Part shown: positions 1 to 9,811 of the stretch, piece by piece
Numbering within the stretch: position 1 is the stretch's first letter
How the letters are laid out: the number at the start of each line of letters is the position of its first letter
NCBI GenBank assembly: GCA_001029715.1
Contig: CP011212.1
Coordinates: forward strand, 462,936-526,935
Origin: a candidate division TM6 bacterium GW2011_GWF2_28_16
GTDB lineage: Bacteria > Patescibacteriota > Microgenomatia > UBA1400 > PJMF01
Direction of reading: 5' to 3'
DNA length: 64,000 nucleotides
Position numbers and translations under genes: made by a program
The notes under the pieces: model-generated
Databases searched by the model: none
What the model was told of the DNA's origin: nothing
What the model saw: the letters and a program-made list of their open reading frames with translations, nothing else

Positions 1-1102
1 TATTTTGATAATTTTAAAAATTATCAAAGAAAAGAAAAAGTTTACTAGGCAACAATTATTTTTATTATTTTTTACCGCTAGTTTAGGTTGCCATTTTTCG
101 ACTGCCTTTGCAGTTCTTTATCCTTTATTAATTCTTTTTTCCTTTTTTATAAATAAATTTAAATTAAATTTTAAAGAAATTTGTTTAGCCATTTTTGCCT
201 ATGCTCTTCCTTTTTCTCCACAATTATTGTTTGAATTAACTCATAATTTTTTAGAGACAAGAGCAGTAATTGCTTATTTCAAAGTAGGAGAAGCGCATAG
301 TTTTGGTCTAGAGAAAATAAAAATGGTTTTTGATGGCTTAATTGGTCAATTTAAAATTACTGTTTTGCCAGATTTTTATTATTCAGAATTCAAATTTTTG
401 AACTATTCAGCTATTGGTCTTTTTATCCTAATGATTTTTTTAATATTTTTGAAAAAGAAGAGGCAAGTTTTTAAAATGCCGGCTGAATATTTATTTTGGT
501 TTGGTTTGTCCTTTTTACTTTTTGTACTTCTTCATTACAACGTTTGGTATTTGTTGGCTTTAGCTCCTTTAATGGCAATGATTACGGGAGATATTTTGCG
601 AGCTAGCAATAAATATTTAAAATTTATTTTTATTTCATTATTAGTAATTTCTCTTTTTACAAAACTCTTTTATTTTGAACAAATTGATAAAGATAAGTTA
701 AGTAAAGTCAGCAATTTCTTACCAGCCAAAATTGAAGCAATAGACATAATTCGTAAAGATAGTGCTGGTCGAGATTTCAATTCATATCAATATGCTCCAG
801 ATATTTATGATTTTTCCTATCAATACATTTATTTTTGGCAAGCCCTTCGTGGAGAAAAATTGCCAGCTGATTTTTCTTATCAGCCTAAAGAAATAATTTA
901 TATTGTCCAGAAAAATGAATTGTTAAACTATTTTAATCACTCAGGTGAACCTGCCCAGCTAAATTATTTTATTGTTGAACCAACAGCAATGCCAGATTAT
1001 CAGCAGGCTTGGTGGGGAAAATTTAACTTAGATCAAGAAAAAGATTTATCTAAGCTAAAGAATAATTCACAACTAATAATTTATCGTCAAAATCCAAAGT
1101 AA
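1..1102 (+). CDS. C-terminal part of a polytopic membrane protein, probably a GT-C-fold glycosyltransferase. The ORF is open at the window start, so it is partial.
   Basis: There is no in-frame stop upstream of position 5. The N-terminal part is hydrophobic with several TM-like segments, followed by a soluble C-terminal domain. It sits at the head of a run of GT39-like genes. Confidence 0.35.
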   Translation, partial: ILIILKIIKEKKKFTRQQLFLLFFTASLGCHFSTAFAVLYPLLILFSFFINKFKLNFKEICLAIFAYALPFSPQLLFELTHNFLETRAVIAYFKVGEAHSFGLEKIKMVFDGLIGQFKITVLPDFYYSEFKFLNYSAIGLFILMIFLIFLKKKRQVFKMPAEYLFWFGLSFLLFVLLHYNVWYLLALAPLMAMITGDILRASNKYLKFIFISLLVISLFTKLFYFEQIDKDKLSKVSNFLPAKIEAIDIIRKDSAGRDFNSYQYAPDIYDFSYQYIYFWQALRGEKLPADFSYQPKEIIYIVQKNELLNYFNHSGEPAQLNYFIVEPTAMPDYQQAWWGKFNLDQEKDLSKLKNNSQLIIYRQNPK

Positions 1103-1108
1103 ATAAAA

Positions 1109-2782
1109 ATGATGTCTAAAAAAAAGATCTTCGTTTCAGCAGTTTTAGTAATTATTGCTTTAGCAATTTATCTGCGTTTTTATCGTTTGTCTAATTTGAC
1201 TAGTCTTTACTGGGAAGAAGCTGCTCTTGCTTATGATAGTTATTCTTTATTAAAGACGGGGCGTGATTTTCATGGCAATTTTTTACCAATTGCTGCAATG
1301 GAATCCTTTGGTGACTATAAAGCTAGTTTTTATTTTTATGTTTTAATTCCATTTATTAAAGTTTTTGGCTTAAATGCATTGTCAGTGCGTTTACCCAGTG
1401 CCTTAGCTGGTTTAGCGATTGTTTTTGGGACAGCTATTTTGGCTATTAATTTAATAAAAAAAGAGAAATCTTTTAAAGAAAAAAAGTTCTTATTTTTAAT
1501 TACTTTGTTTTTGACGGCTATTTCACCATGGGCTATTAATTTTTCTCGCGCAGCTTGGGAGAGTAATTTGGCGACGGCTTTTTTAATTTGGGCAATCAAC
1601 CTCTTCTTTTTTTGGCAAAAAAGTACTCGAAAGTTTTATTTTTTACCTTTGGCTGCTTTATTATTTATCTTATCTAGTTATACCTATCATGCAAATAAAA
1701 TAATTGCACCTTTAGTTGCTGTTTCAATGTCTTCTTTTTACTTAATTAATCGATTTAAAAATAAAGAAAAGTTTAAAAGTTTTGAATTGAAAAATATTTT
1801 GGCAACTGTTTTTTTAGCTGCTTTGCTTTTCTTGCCACTCCTAATAAGTAGTCAAACTTCAACTGGTCAACAACGCTTCAAGGAAACTAGTATTTTTAGT
1901 GATATAAAGGTAATTGAATATAGTAATCAGAAAAGAGCGGAATATGAAAATGCTTGGTGGGCTAGAATCTACTATCATCGTTACCTCTTATTTACTAAGG
2001 AAATTATTTTAAATTTAGCTGATAATTTTAGTTTCAAATATTTGTTTTTAACGGGTGATGGAAACTTGAGACACAATAGCCAAGTCACTGGGCAACTTTA
2101 TCGTTTAGATTTCATTTTTTTAATTTTGGCTATTATTTATCTAATTAAAAAAAGGAATCCTTATTTTAATTTTATTCTTCTTTACATTTTAATTGCATTA
2201 CTTCCAAGTTCTCTTGCCACAGATACTCCTCACTCGCTTCGCACTTTGTCAGTAATGCCGATGTTTTTAATACTTGTGTCAGTCGGTGTTTGGCAGAGTA
2301 TTATTTTTTTTAAAAAGTCAAGACAGCGAGAGATAATAGTTATTATTATTTTCGCTTCTTACTTAGCAGGATTATTAAATTTTTGGCAATATTATTTAAC
2401 TATTTACCCTCAAAGGTCGGCCAATTCTTGGCAGGACGGCTATCAAGAACTAATGCTAACCTTGGCTAAGGAAGACGATACTAAAAAAACGATTTATGTT
2501 AGTCGTGAACAAGGTCGACCGTCTATTTATAGCTGGTTTTTTAATAGGACTAATCCTTCATTGGTGCAAGCCGCCAATACAACAGAGCTTAAAGATCAGG
2601 GTGAATTTTTAACTTATCACAATTGGGTTTTTATTGATAAGAATTCTGAAGTTCAAGGTGCTGGAATTGTAGCGGGCTCTCCAAAATGGATTGAAGGTTT
2701 AAATGGTCAAAAAACAATTATTAAAGAGATTAGCGATAAGTCTGGCCAAATAATTTGGCAGCTTGTTAATTACGAACAATAA
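1109..2782 (+). CDS. GT-C-fold membrane glycosyltransferase, GT39/PMT/ArnT-like
   Basis: 557 aa with about 11 TM segments. An N-terminal RFYRL motif is followed by a loop-1 acidic motif, YWEEAALAYDS. The C-terminal domain is soluble. The architecture is that of polyprenyl-phosphate-sugar-dependent protein/lipid glycosyltransferases. Confidence 0.55.
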   Translation: MMSKKKIFVSAVLVIIALAIYLRFYRLSNLTSLYWEEAALAYDSYSLLKTGRDFHGNFLPIAAMESFGDYKASFYFYVLIPFIKVFGLNALSVRLPSALAGLAIVFGTAILAINLIKKEKSFKEKKFLFLITLFLTAISPWAINFSRAAWESNLATAFLIWAINLFFFWQKSTRKFYFLPLAALLFILSSYTYHANKIIAPLVAVSMSSFYLINRFKNKEKFKSFELKNILATVFLAALLFLPLLISSQTSTGQQRFKETSIFSDIKVIEYSNQKRAEYENAWWARIYYHRYLLFTKEIILNLADNFSFKYLFLTGDGNLRHNSQVTGQLYRLDFIFLILAIIYLIKKRNPYFNFILLYILIALLPSSLATDTPHSLRTLSVMPMFLILVSVGVWQSIIFFKKSRQREIIVIIIFASYLAGLLNFWQYYLTIYPQRSANSWQDGYQELMLTLAKEDDTKKTIYVSREQGRPSIYSWFFNRTNPSLVQAANTTELKDQGEFLTYHNWVFIDKNSEVQGAGIVAGSPKWIEGLNGQKTIIKEISDKSGQIIWQLVNYEQ

Positions 2783-4517
2783 AGTTTTGACAAAATTCTT
2801 GATTGTTGAGTTTATCCAGGTCAAAAAGGTCTTCTCTAATGCTCAAAAAACGGTTTAAACTAAAATCTCCACAGCTTCGGTCATTATAAATTCTATAAAT
2901 TCCACCTCCATCGATCAGAGAAGGAATTTGAGTGTATCTGAGTGGAGAATCGGAGCCATCACATGGTCTAGAATTGCTATGACTAATGTAGATGGTGTTA
3001 TCAGGAATTGTTTCTGGAACGCAGCGCTCCCCAAAAACTTCAAAATTGGCTAGTTTGTAATCTTCACTTTGGAAAGCTTGATTAATATTGCTAATATTTT
3101 CTTTATTAATTAAATTGTTGTAAATTAAAATTTCTTGAAAAACAAAGATTGGCTCTGGTGCAGAAACAAGGATTTTTTTATCAGGATTTCTTTTAATGTA
3201 TTGAGCAACTAATCTTTCAGCAAAATATTGATCACGAGTGCCTGAAATTGGATAAATATAAAAATACTGATAAAAAAAACGTCCAATCAAAGCAAGATAG
3301 GCAAGCACAAGAAAAGCAAAAAAATATTTATTGGTTTTCTTCGATAAATGAGCTGCGGCAAACCCCATTAAAATTAAAAAAATTGGTACAAGAAAACTAG
3401 CTCTGAAAACAAGCCAGCTTCCGGTACTAACTACGGCTGATGGAAGTGGAGCAATTAACAAGAGCCCTAAAAGAAAAAACGCAACCGTTCTAAATTTATT
3501 TTTACTGAATATAACAATTAAACCTAAAATAATTAGTGGCAGGTCCAGCCAATAAAAAAGACCATGCTGATAAACAGCAAAAGGATTGCGTACTACTTCT
3601 AAATTAAAAAACCATTGTTTTAAATCTAAACTATTAAAGTATTGTTCAGCTAGTTTTTCAAAAATAACAGTAACTTTATTTGGGTAAATTTCATTTAAAG
3701 TTGAGTTAAAACCTTGTTGACGGCTAACAACAATGTTTTGTTCTAAGTATTCTTTGTCGCTCCATACTAGAAAATTTAAACGCTCGCCAGCGCTTTGAGA
3801 ACGAACATTGAATAAATAGACGATAAATATTAAGCCTGCTAAAACCATAACAGTTAAAGTAGGAAGTTCTTTTTTCCAATTTTTCTTAAATTTGTTTAGA
3901 GAAAAATTTTCTCTAGATAAATTAAAAATACCAGTTAATAGAACTATCGGTAAAAAAACAATTTTTAAACCTTGGTATTGAAAAAACCCCATTAGAAAAA
4001 ATGCTAAAGCTGTTAATTTTTTCCAAGATTTTGCTTTAAGAAAAATCAAAATTCCAGTCGAATAGAAGAATAAGCTAAACATAGAATCAAAACCCATCCT
4101 AGAGAACTGAAATAACCAAGGATTAAAACAAGCTAAAAAAGCAGTCAAAAATGCCACTCTATGACTTTTACTTAATTGATAAGCTAATGCAGCTAAGATA
4201 AAAATCAAGGCTGTACCAAGCAAAACATGAGTAATTCTGGTTGCCAAGATTGCTTGGTTAGGAAATAATTTAGCAGCAGGCATCATTACTAAGCCAGGAA
4301 ATTCGGCGTAAAGTTCTGTTTCTGGGGTAAAGTCGAATGGTTGCCACTTTCCATTAACTCCATGACCGCTGACGGCCAGTGTTTTAGCTTGGGTGGGATA
4401 AAAAATTTCATCGTGACTAATTACTGAAGGAAGATGGTCGATTTTCCATAATCTTAAGCTAAGGGCAAGAATTCCCAATATAAAATAAGCTAGCCAAATT
4501 CTTCGTTTTTTTATCAT
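2766..4517 (-). CDS. GT-C-fold membrane glycosyltransferase, GT39/PMT/ArnT-like
   Basis: 583 aa. An N-terminal TM helix is followed by the loop-1 motif SHDEIFYPTQA (a DE motif) and multiple TM helices. Confidence 0.55.
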   Translation of the reverse strand: MIKKRRIWLAYFILGILALSLRLWKIDHLPSVISHDEIFYPTQAKTLAVSGHGVNGKWQPFDFTPETELYAEFPGLVMMPAAKLFPNQAILATRITHVLLGTALIFILAALAYQLSKSHRVAFLTAFLACFNPWLFQFSRMGFDSMFSLFFYSTGILIFLKAKSWKKLTALAFFLMGFFQYQGLKIVFLPIVLLTGIFNLSRENFSLNKFKKNWKKELPTLTVMVLAGLIFIVYLFNVRSQSAGERLNFLVWSDKEYLEQNIVVSRQQGFNSTLNEIYPNKVTVIFEKLAEQYFNSLDLKQWFFNLEVVRNPFAVYQHGLFYWLDLPLIILGLIVIFSKNKFRTVAFFLLGLLLIAPLPSAVVSTGSWLVFRASFLVPIFLILMGFAAAHLSKKTNKYFFAFLVLAYLALIGRFFYQYFYIYPISGTRDQYFAERLVAQYIKRNPDKKILVSAPEPIFVFQEILIYNNLINKENISNINQAFQSEDYKLANFEVFGERCVPETIPDNTIYISHSNSRPCDGSDSPLRYTQIPSLIDGGGIYRIYNDRSCGDFSLNRFLSIREDLFDLDKLNNQEFCQNFIVRN

Positions 4518-4580
4518 TAAAATTATTATACTAGTTTATTTGAACTATTTCTTAGTTTATTATTAGCTTGTTCTTACATT

Positions 4581-6476
4581 ATGTTAAATTTCTTTTTTCT
4601 TTTACTCATTTTATTTTTTGCCTATTTGAATTTTGGTTTATTTTTAGTTAGAAAGATCAAAATAAAATTAACATCTCTAGAAAGTATTTTAATAGCCAGT
4701 GTTTTAAGCATCTCTGCCTTAGTAAGTTTAATTGTTTTTCTTGGACATTTTTTAGCTGATAAAAGTTATTTGATTTTAATTTTAAGCGGCCTGATTGGTC
4801 TTTTAGCTTTTAAGAATAATTTGAAAATTTGGCAAGAACTTTTCAAAAGTGCCAAAAAAAGGTGGAAGATTACGCTTTCATTACTAGTTGGAATTTTGAT
4901 ATTAACCAGCGGGATGTTTTTTAGTGGCTATGTAAAAGATGGACAAATTTATCTACAAGATCTTTATGATACCAATTGGCACATTGCCCTTGAACAAGAA
5001 GTTTTAAAAAGCTTTCCACCTCACCATCCCTCTAGTTCTGATTTAGTCTTGAAGAATTATCATTATTTTTATGATGTTTTTATTGCCTCTTTGTATTTCT
5101 ATAGTCACGTTTCTTTTGTTACTCTTAATTACAAGGTTTCTCAGCTAATAATTACAGGTTTATTAATCTTAAGTGCTTATGCTTTTGGCAAACGTCTTAA
5201 AAATAGAAATTTAGGTATTGTTCTAAGCACCTTAATTGTTTTTGCTGGTAATTTTGGCTATTTGATTCCTTTATTTTTAAAAGATCATCCTTGGACTGAA
5301 TCAAGTTTTTGGGTAAGCCAAACTTTTTCAATGATGATTAATCCTCAGTTAATCTTTTCTTTTGTAACTTTATTTTTAGTTCTTTTATTAATGACTCCGG
5401 ATTTTTTAAGCAAAAAATCCAGGCATTATTTATTAATTCCACTAATTGCTACTAGCATTGGTTTCAAAACTTATGGTTGGATGATTATGAGTCTTTTATA
5501 TGCTTTTGATTTATTAACAGAACTTTTGTTTAGAAGAAAATTAATTAATATAGTATTTGGTTTAATTTATATTGTTTTAGTTCTGCCTTTTTTCTATTTG
5601 ATCACCGGCTTAAAATCAGGAAGTTTTTTTTGGCAACCACTTTGGTATTTAGATAGCATGATTGAAGCTCAAGATCGAGTCAACAACATCCGCTGGAGTT
5701 TTTTACTTGATCATTACATCATGAAAAAGGATACACTGAGAATTATTTGGCTAAGAGCCAAAGAGTTATTTATTTTTTACTTTGGTAATTTAGGTACAAG
5801 AGCGATTTTTATTTTTTTACCACTCATTTCTTTAAAAGAATCTTATCTGAAACAGAGAAAGATTATCTGGCTCTGTTTACTAGGTTTTATTTTTAGTTCC
5901 GTTTTTCCTTTATTATTTTTACAAACTGGCACAGTTTGGAACTCGATTCAATTTTGGTATTACGCACTCATTTTTGCCAATATTTTGGCAGCCTTGGCAA
6001 TTAATGGAATATTAAATCACTTGAAATTACCGCTAAAATATTTGTTTTTAGCTATTTTTATTTCACTAAGTATTCCAGCTTTTATGAAAACGATGTCTGG
6101 CAAATTAGATGGCTTTCATGCTTTTCCTTTAGTCCAAATTAATCTTTTAGCTAATTTTGATGCTAGCGACAAGATACTAATTTGTCCTGAAGAGAGCTTA
6201 TTGTTTAAGAGTGCTTTTGTAAACGCTTACGCTGAGGCTAATATTTATCTTTCTGACGAAGGACAGATGAGTCTAGTAGAAGCCGATTTAGAACCAATTA
6301 CTGAACTGAAAACAATCTTTTCTAAGAAACATTTGGCAGAATTAGAATCATTAATTAATCGAGAAAAAATTAACTATATTTTGTGTACAAATAAAGACAT
6401 TGTTGAATTTATAGATAAGAAATACCTCAGTCAAAAAGAAGAAGTGCTTAATTGGTCGCTCTATTCTTTAAAGTAA
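4581..6476 (+). CDS. Large polytopic membrane protein of unknown family, possibly a GT-C-like glycosyltransferase
   Basis: 631 aa with at least 12 hydrophobic segments and a soluble C-terminal domain of about 150 aa. The genes around it are GT-C and GT2 genes. I recognise no motif in it. Confidence 0.3.
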   Translation: MLNFFFLLLILFFAYLNFGLFLVRKIKIKLTSLESILIASVLSISALVSLIVFLGHFLADKSYLILILSGLIGLLAFKNNLKIWQELFKSAKKRWKITLSLLVGILILTSGMFFSGYVKDGQIYLQDLYDTNWHIALEQEVLKSFPPHHPSSSDLVLKNYHYFYDVFIASLYFYSHVSFVTLNYKVSQLIITGLLILSAYAFGKRLKNRNLGIVLSTLIVFAGNFGYLIPLFLKDHPWTESSFWVSQTFSMMINPQLIFSFVTLFLVLLLMTPDFLSKKSRHYLLIPLIATSIGFKTYGWMIMSLLYAFDLLTELLFRRKLINIVFGLIYIVLVLPFFYLITGLKSGSFFWQPLWYLDSMIEAQDRVNNIRWSFLLDHYIMKKDTLRIIWLRAKELFIFYFGNLGTRAIFIFLPLISLKESYLKQRKIIWLCLLGFIFSSVFPLLFLQTGTVWNSIQFWYYALIFANILAALAINGILNHLKLPLKYLFLAIFISLSIPAFMKTMSGKLDGFHAFPLVQINLLANFDASDKILICPEESLLFKSAFVNAYAEANIYLSDEGQMSLVEADLEPITELKTIFSKKHLAELESLINREKINYILCTNKDIVEFIDKKYLSQKEEVLNWSLYSLK

Positions 6477-8154
6477 TTTGCCATAAAACAAAAATTGTTA
6501 AGGCGGTTAAGCTAACGTAATTGCTTAAAAGACGCAGTTTATTTTCTCTGAAGCTTAATTTGATTAAATGCTCTCCCTTTGGAACTAACAATTGAACATT
6601 CCCTAGCTCTGAATTCTCAAGAATTTCAATTTTTTGATTATCTAAGTAAGCTGTCCAACCAGTAAAGTTGGCAATTTTAAAATTAAGTAAATTTTCTTGA
6701 CTAGAATTAATTTTCCAAGTTTGGCTTTGATTATTCGATTTTAGAAGTTGGTTTGTAAAAGTCTGGCCATCAGCCAAGTCATTATTCAACCAAACCGACG
6801 GTTCTGGATATTTTTTATTGTATTCTTTTAAAATTTCTTCATTAGCCATTTGCACTGGAATATAATCAGGTAAAGTTTCACTCATCTCTGACCTAATTAA
6901 TTGAGGATCACTATAATAAAAGACGTTGCTATCGACAATGGTTTTTTCTGCTTTAAAAAAACCAGTGTTAAAGAAAAATATTATAAACAAGAATCCTAAA
7001 GTCAGTTTTCGCCACAAATTATTTTTTAATAGACCAGAGCCAATGGCCAAAAACATTGCTAAGAAAAAGCTAGCAGAGCCCAACCAGCGCCATGGAAATT
7101 GGATGAAGGCTAGAATTTCTAGGCTCTCCCATAATTGCAGGCTTTTGCCAATGGATAAAAATAAACAAAAAACAGTAATAGAACCGACCAAAATAAGTTT
7201 TTTATTTTTCTTTAAAAATTTATTTAAAGCTTTTCCGCGCCAAGCTTGTAAAAATTGAATAAAAAATAAAATAAGAAAAAAAAGTAAAGCAAATAGTTGT
7301 CCATAACCCAAAAAGAAAGAAATGTCATCATTAGCTCCCCAAGCAGAACCACCATAACCCCAATTATTTTGAAAAAATTGGCGAATGTATAAAAAATGAA
7401 GATGATAATCAAAATAGCCAGTTAGAATTGTATTTATCTTTGTCAAATCTTTTTCTAAAAAAGATGGCAGAGTATAAAAAACAGTGGTAAAAAAAGCTAA
7501 GGCGAATACTTTTATTATTGACCAAAGTTCCTTCTTCTTAAGAATAAATAAAGCCCATAAAGCAGCAAGGGGAATAAACATTAAGGCACTTAAGTTGTGA
7601 GATAGGATAATTGCCACTAAACTAATAAATAATAAAAGATAGTTCTTTTTATAAAGAGCTAAAATTACCCACGGGAAAAAGGCAATCGCAAAAACTTCAC
7701 TCAGAGCTCCGCGAACAAAAATGTTTAAAGCACGATAAGGAGCTAAAGTAAGAGCAGCCGCTAAAATAATTCCCCCCCAATTTCCAGAAAGTTTTTTACC
7801 TAATTTGAAAGATCCTAATAAAGTGATGAAAGTAATTAATAAATAAAGCAATTTAATACTGCTCACCAAGCTGAATCCAAATAAATAGAAAATAGCTCCA
7901 ATAAAATAAGGTAAAGGCGCATAGAAATTAAAAAGTGGCATGCCAAAGCCATAACCAAGATCAGCACTCCAACGAACTGGATAGTGCCAAGATTTCAAAG
8001 CAGAAGCCATCTCAACAACTTTTACACCAATTGTATAATCGTGAACTCGAAAAAAATCTCTTTGAAAAAAATAATAAGTGCTAGCTACAAAAATGGCAAA
8101 TAAAAAGAAAACAGTGAAATAATTAACGAGGATTTTTTTGGCAAATCTAAACAT
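6448..8154 (-). CDS. Polytopic membrane protein, GT-C-like (resembles COG5617/YfhO-type integral membrane proteins), probable acceptor-side glycosyltransferase
   Basis: 568 aa with an N-terminal multi-TM domain (motif GYGFGMPLFNFYAPLPYF) and a soluble C-terminal domain. It lies directly downstream of, and co-oriented with, the GT2 polyprenyl-phosphate sugar synthase at 8156..8878, with only a 1-nt gap. Confidence 0.4.
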   Translation of the reverse strand: MFRFAKKILVNYFTVFFLFAIFVASTYYFFQRDFFRVHDYTIGVKVVEMASALKSWHYPVRWSADLGYGFGMPLFNFYAPLPYFIGAIFYLFGFSLVSSIKLLYLLITFITLLGSFKLGKKLSGNWGGIILAAALTLAPYRALNIFVRGALSEVFAIAFFPWVILALYKKNYLLLFISLVAIILSHNLSALMFIPLAALWALFILKKKELWSIIKVFALAFFTTVFYTLPSFLEKDLTKINTILTGYFDYHLHFLYIRQFFQNNWGYGGSAWGANDDISFFLGYGQLFALLFFLILFFIQFLQAWRGKALNKFLKKNKKLILVGSITVFCLFLSIGKSLQLWESLEILAFIQFPWRWLGSASFFLAMFLAIGSGLLKNNLWRKLTLGFLFIIFFFNTGFFKAEKTIVDSNVFYYSDPQLIRSEMSETLPDYIPVQMANEEILKEYNKKYPEPSVWLNNDLADGQTFTNQLLKSNNQSQTWKINSSQENLLNFKIANFTGWTAYLDNQKIEILENSELGNVQLLVPKGEHLIKLSFRENKLRLLSNYVSLTALTIFVLWQITLKNRATN

Positions 8155-8155
8155 C

Positions 8156-8878
8156 TTAATTTAAAGTAAATTTAATTTGTAAATAAGTACGCAAGGCTTC
8201 ATAACAAGCTTTGATAATAACCTTCAGATTAGCTCCCGTAGCCTGCCCATAAATTCTAGGATAGTGATTAACAGCAATTTCTTTAAATTTGAGTTTCTTC
8301 TTCTTTAGACGATAAAGGATTTCAGCACTAGTAAAAGCACTCCCCGAAGTAAGTTTTAAATTTTTAAGTAGATCAGTCTGGATTAGTTTAAAAGCACAGT
8401 CAATATCTTTGACATGAATACGGAAAAGCAGATCTATATAAATGCCAAAAAGACTGGCGTTAAGGTGTCTTCTAAAACCCTCGGCTCGTTTTTTTCTATA
8501 ACCGAGAATAACTTTGTTTTCATCAGTTTCTTTGACAAAATTAGCCAATTCAGACAAATCAAACTGCAGGTCGCTGTCAGTCCAGAAAATCCACTCATAT
8601 TGACTGTTTTTAATGCCAGTTTTAAGGACTTCGCCATAACCTTTGTTGGTTTCATGAGATAAAACTTTTACTTGTTCATGTTTGTTTGCTAATTTATTAG
8701 CAATTTTGAGACTGTCGTCAGTGCTACCATCATTAATAATTAGCAATTCATATCTGCTAGCTAGAGAAGGAATGATTCTGAGAGCTTGTTCGATTAAAAT
8801 TTCTAGATTAGATTCTTCGTTATAAACTGGAAAAAAAACAGATAGAGACTTAAGTTTTTTCATGACAACTGCTATCAT
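8156..8878 (-). CDS. GT2 polyprenyl-phosphate glycosyltransferase, DPM1/ArnC-like soluble form
   Basis: 240 aa. The sequence runs LSVFFPVYNEESNL ... LLIINDGSTDDS ... with DXD-type motifs. It resembles the catalytic domain of dolichyl/undecaprenyl-phosphate mannose or glucose synthases. Confidence 0.6.
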   Translation of the reverse strand: MIAVVMKKLKSLSVFFPVYNEESNLEILIEQALRIIPSLASRYELLIINDGSTDDSLKIANKLANKHEQVKVLSHETNKGYGEVLKTGIKNSQYEWIFWTDSDLQFDLSELANFVKETDENKVILGYRKKRAEGFRRHLNASLFGIYIDLLFRIHVKDIDCAFKLIQTDLLKNLKLTSGSAFTSAEILYRLKKKKLKFKEIAVNHYPRIYGQATGANLKVIIKACYEALRTYLQIKFTLN

Positions 8879-8887
8879 ACTATTATT

Positions 8888-9811
8888 ATGTCCATTTCAG
8901 TAGTCGTTATTGCTAAAAATGCCGAGAATATTATCACTAGAAGTTTGAAATCTGTGCAATTTGCCGATGAAGTAATTTTGGTTGATATAAAAAGTACAGA
9001 TGAGACCAGGCAAATAGCAGAAAAATATTGCACCAAGATCTATGACTATAAAGAAGATTCAAGGTTTGTAGAGCCAGTGCGCAATTTTGCTTTTTCCAAG
9101 GCAACAAAAGATTGGATCTTGGTTTTAGATGCCGATGAAGAAATCAAAGAAGCCTTGGCTTTAAAACTTCAAGAAATCGATCAAAAAGATTTGGGAGATG
9201 TCTATCATTTGTCTCGTAAAAACATCGTGAGCAATTATTGGATGCAAAATACTGGTTGGTGGCCGGACTATCAATTGCGATTTTTCAAAAATGGTTTGGT
9301 TTCTTGGGGAACTAAAATTCATGCTAAACCAGAAATTAAAGCTGGTTCTAGAGTTGTTATTCTGGAAGCCAAAGAAGATTTAGCAATCTTACACCACAAT
9401 TATAAAGATACTAAAGATTATTTAGCTCGTTTTGATCGCTATACCGATATTGAAGCAGAACAAAAAGCAGAAGAACTCAAAGACAATTTTTCTATTTCAC
9501 AATCAGGCATGTTGAAAGCTTTCAGTGATGATTGGTTTAGAAGATTCTTTGATAAACAGGGTTACAAAGATGGAGTTCGTGGCTTTTATTTAAGTTTAAT
9601 GCAGGCTGCATACCAGATGACCACTCAAATGAAAACTTTCGATCTGCTTGGCAATAAAAATAGTTTAGAAAAAGATAGTCGCCAACTTTTAATCAAAGAT
9701 TTGCGCCATTTTCAAAAAGAGTTAAACTATTGGATAAATGATATGGAAATTAAAGAGAAAAATGGTTTGACTAAACTAGTCATTGTGCTAAAAAGAAAGC
9801 TCGGTCTATGA
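8888..9811 (+). CDS. GT2 glycosyltransferase, WaaE/KdtX-like subfamily
   Basis: The N-terminus reads ISVVVIAKNAENIITRSLKSV-FADEVILVDIKSTDETRQIAEKY. This is one of three paralogs of this subfamily in the window. Confidence 0.55.
   Translation: MSISVVVIAKNAENIITRSLKSVQFADEVILVDIKSTDETRQIAEKYCTKIYDYKEDSRFVEPVRNFAFSKATKDWILVLDADEEIKEALALKLQEIDQKDLGDVYHLSRKNIVSNYWMQNTGWWPDYQLRFFKNGLVSWGTKIHAKPEIKAGSRVVILEAKEDLAILHHNYKDTKDYLARFDRYTDIEAEQKAEELKDNFSISQSGMLKAFSDDWFRRFFDKQGYKDGVRGFYLSLMQAAYQMTTQMKTFDLLGNKNSLEKDSRQLLIKDLRHFQKELNYWINDMEIKEKNGLTKLVIVLKRKLGL

Noticed and set aside
1336-1599. Short antisense and nested ORFs of 60-135 aa in the six-frame track, lying inside larger genes: 1336..1599, 6926..7258, 7224..7412, 8414..8662, 8434..8655, 10163..10372, 11935..12153, 12132..12314, 12719..13428, 16097..16345, 17093..17387, 18344..18586, 19816..20067, 20500..20742, 22595..22882, 25052..25459, 25984..26175, 26952..27242, 30914..31111, 31935..32418, 35017..35394, 36539..36766, 39032..39251, 40322..40547, 40775..41101, 42320..42526, 42609..42809, 43720..43908, 45551..45874, 46503..46969, 47729..48062, 50698..51086, 51627..52031, 52918..53403, 58033..58284, 59335..59535, 59914..60135, 62066..62263 and 63331..63621.
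   Set aside because: Each one lies wholly within, or antisense to, a long ORF that has clear family-specific motifs. Their compositions are low-complexity and biased, with no motifs or SD signals. I treat them as frame artefacts.
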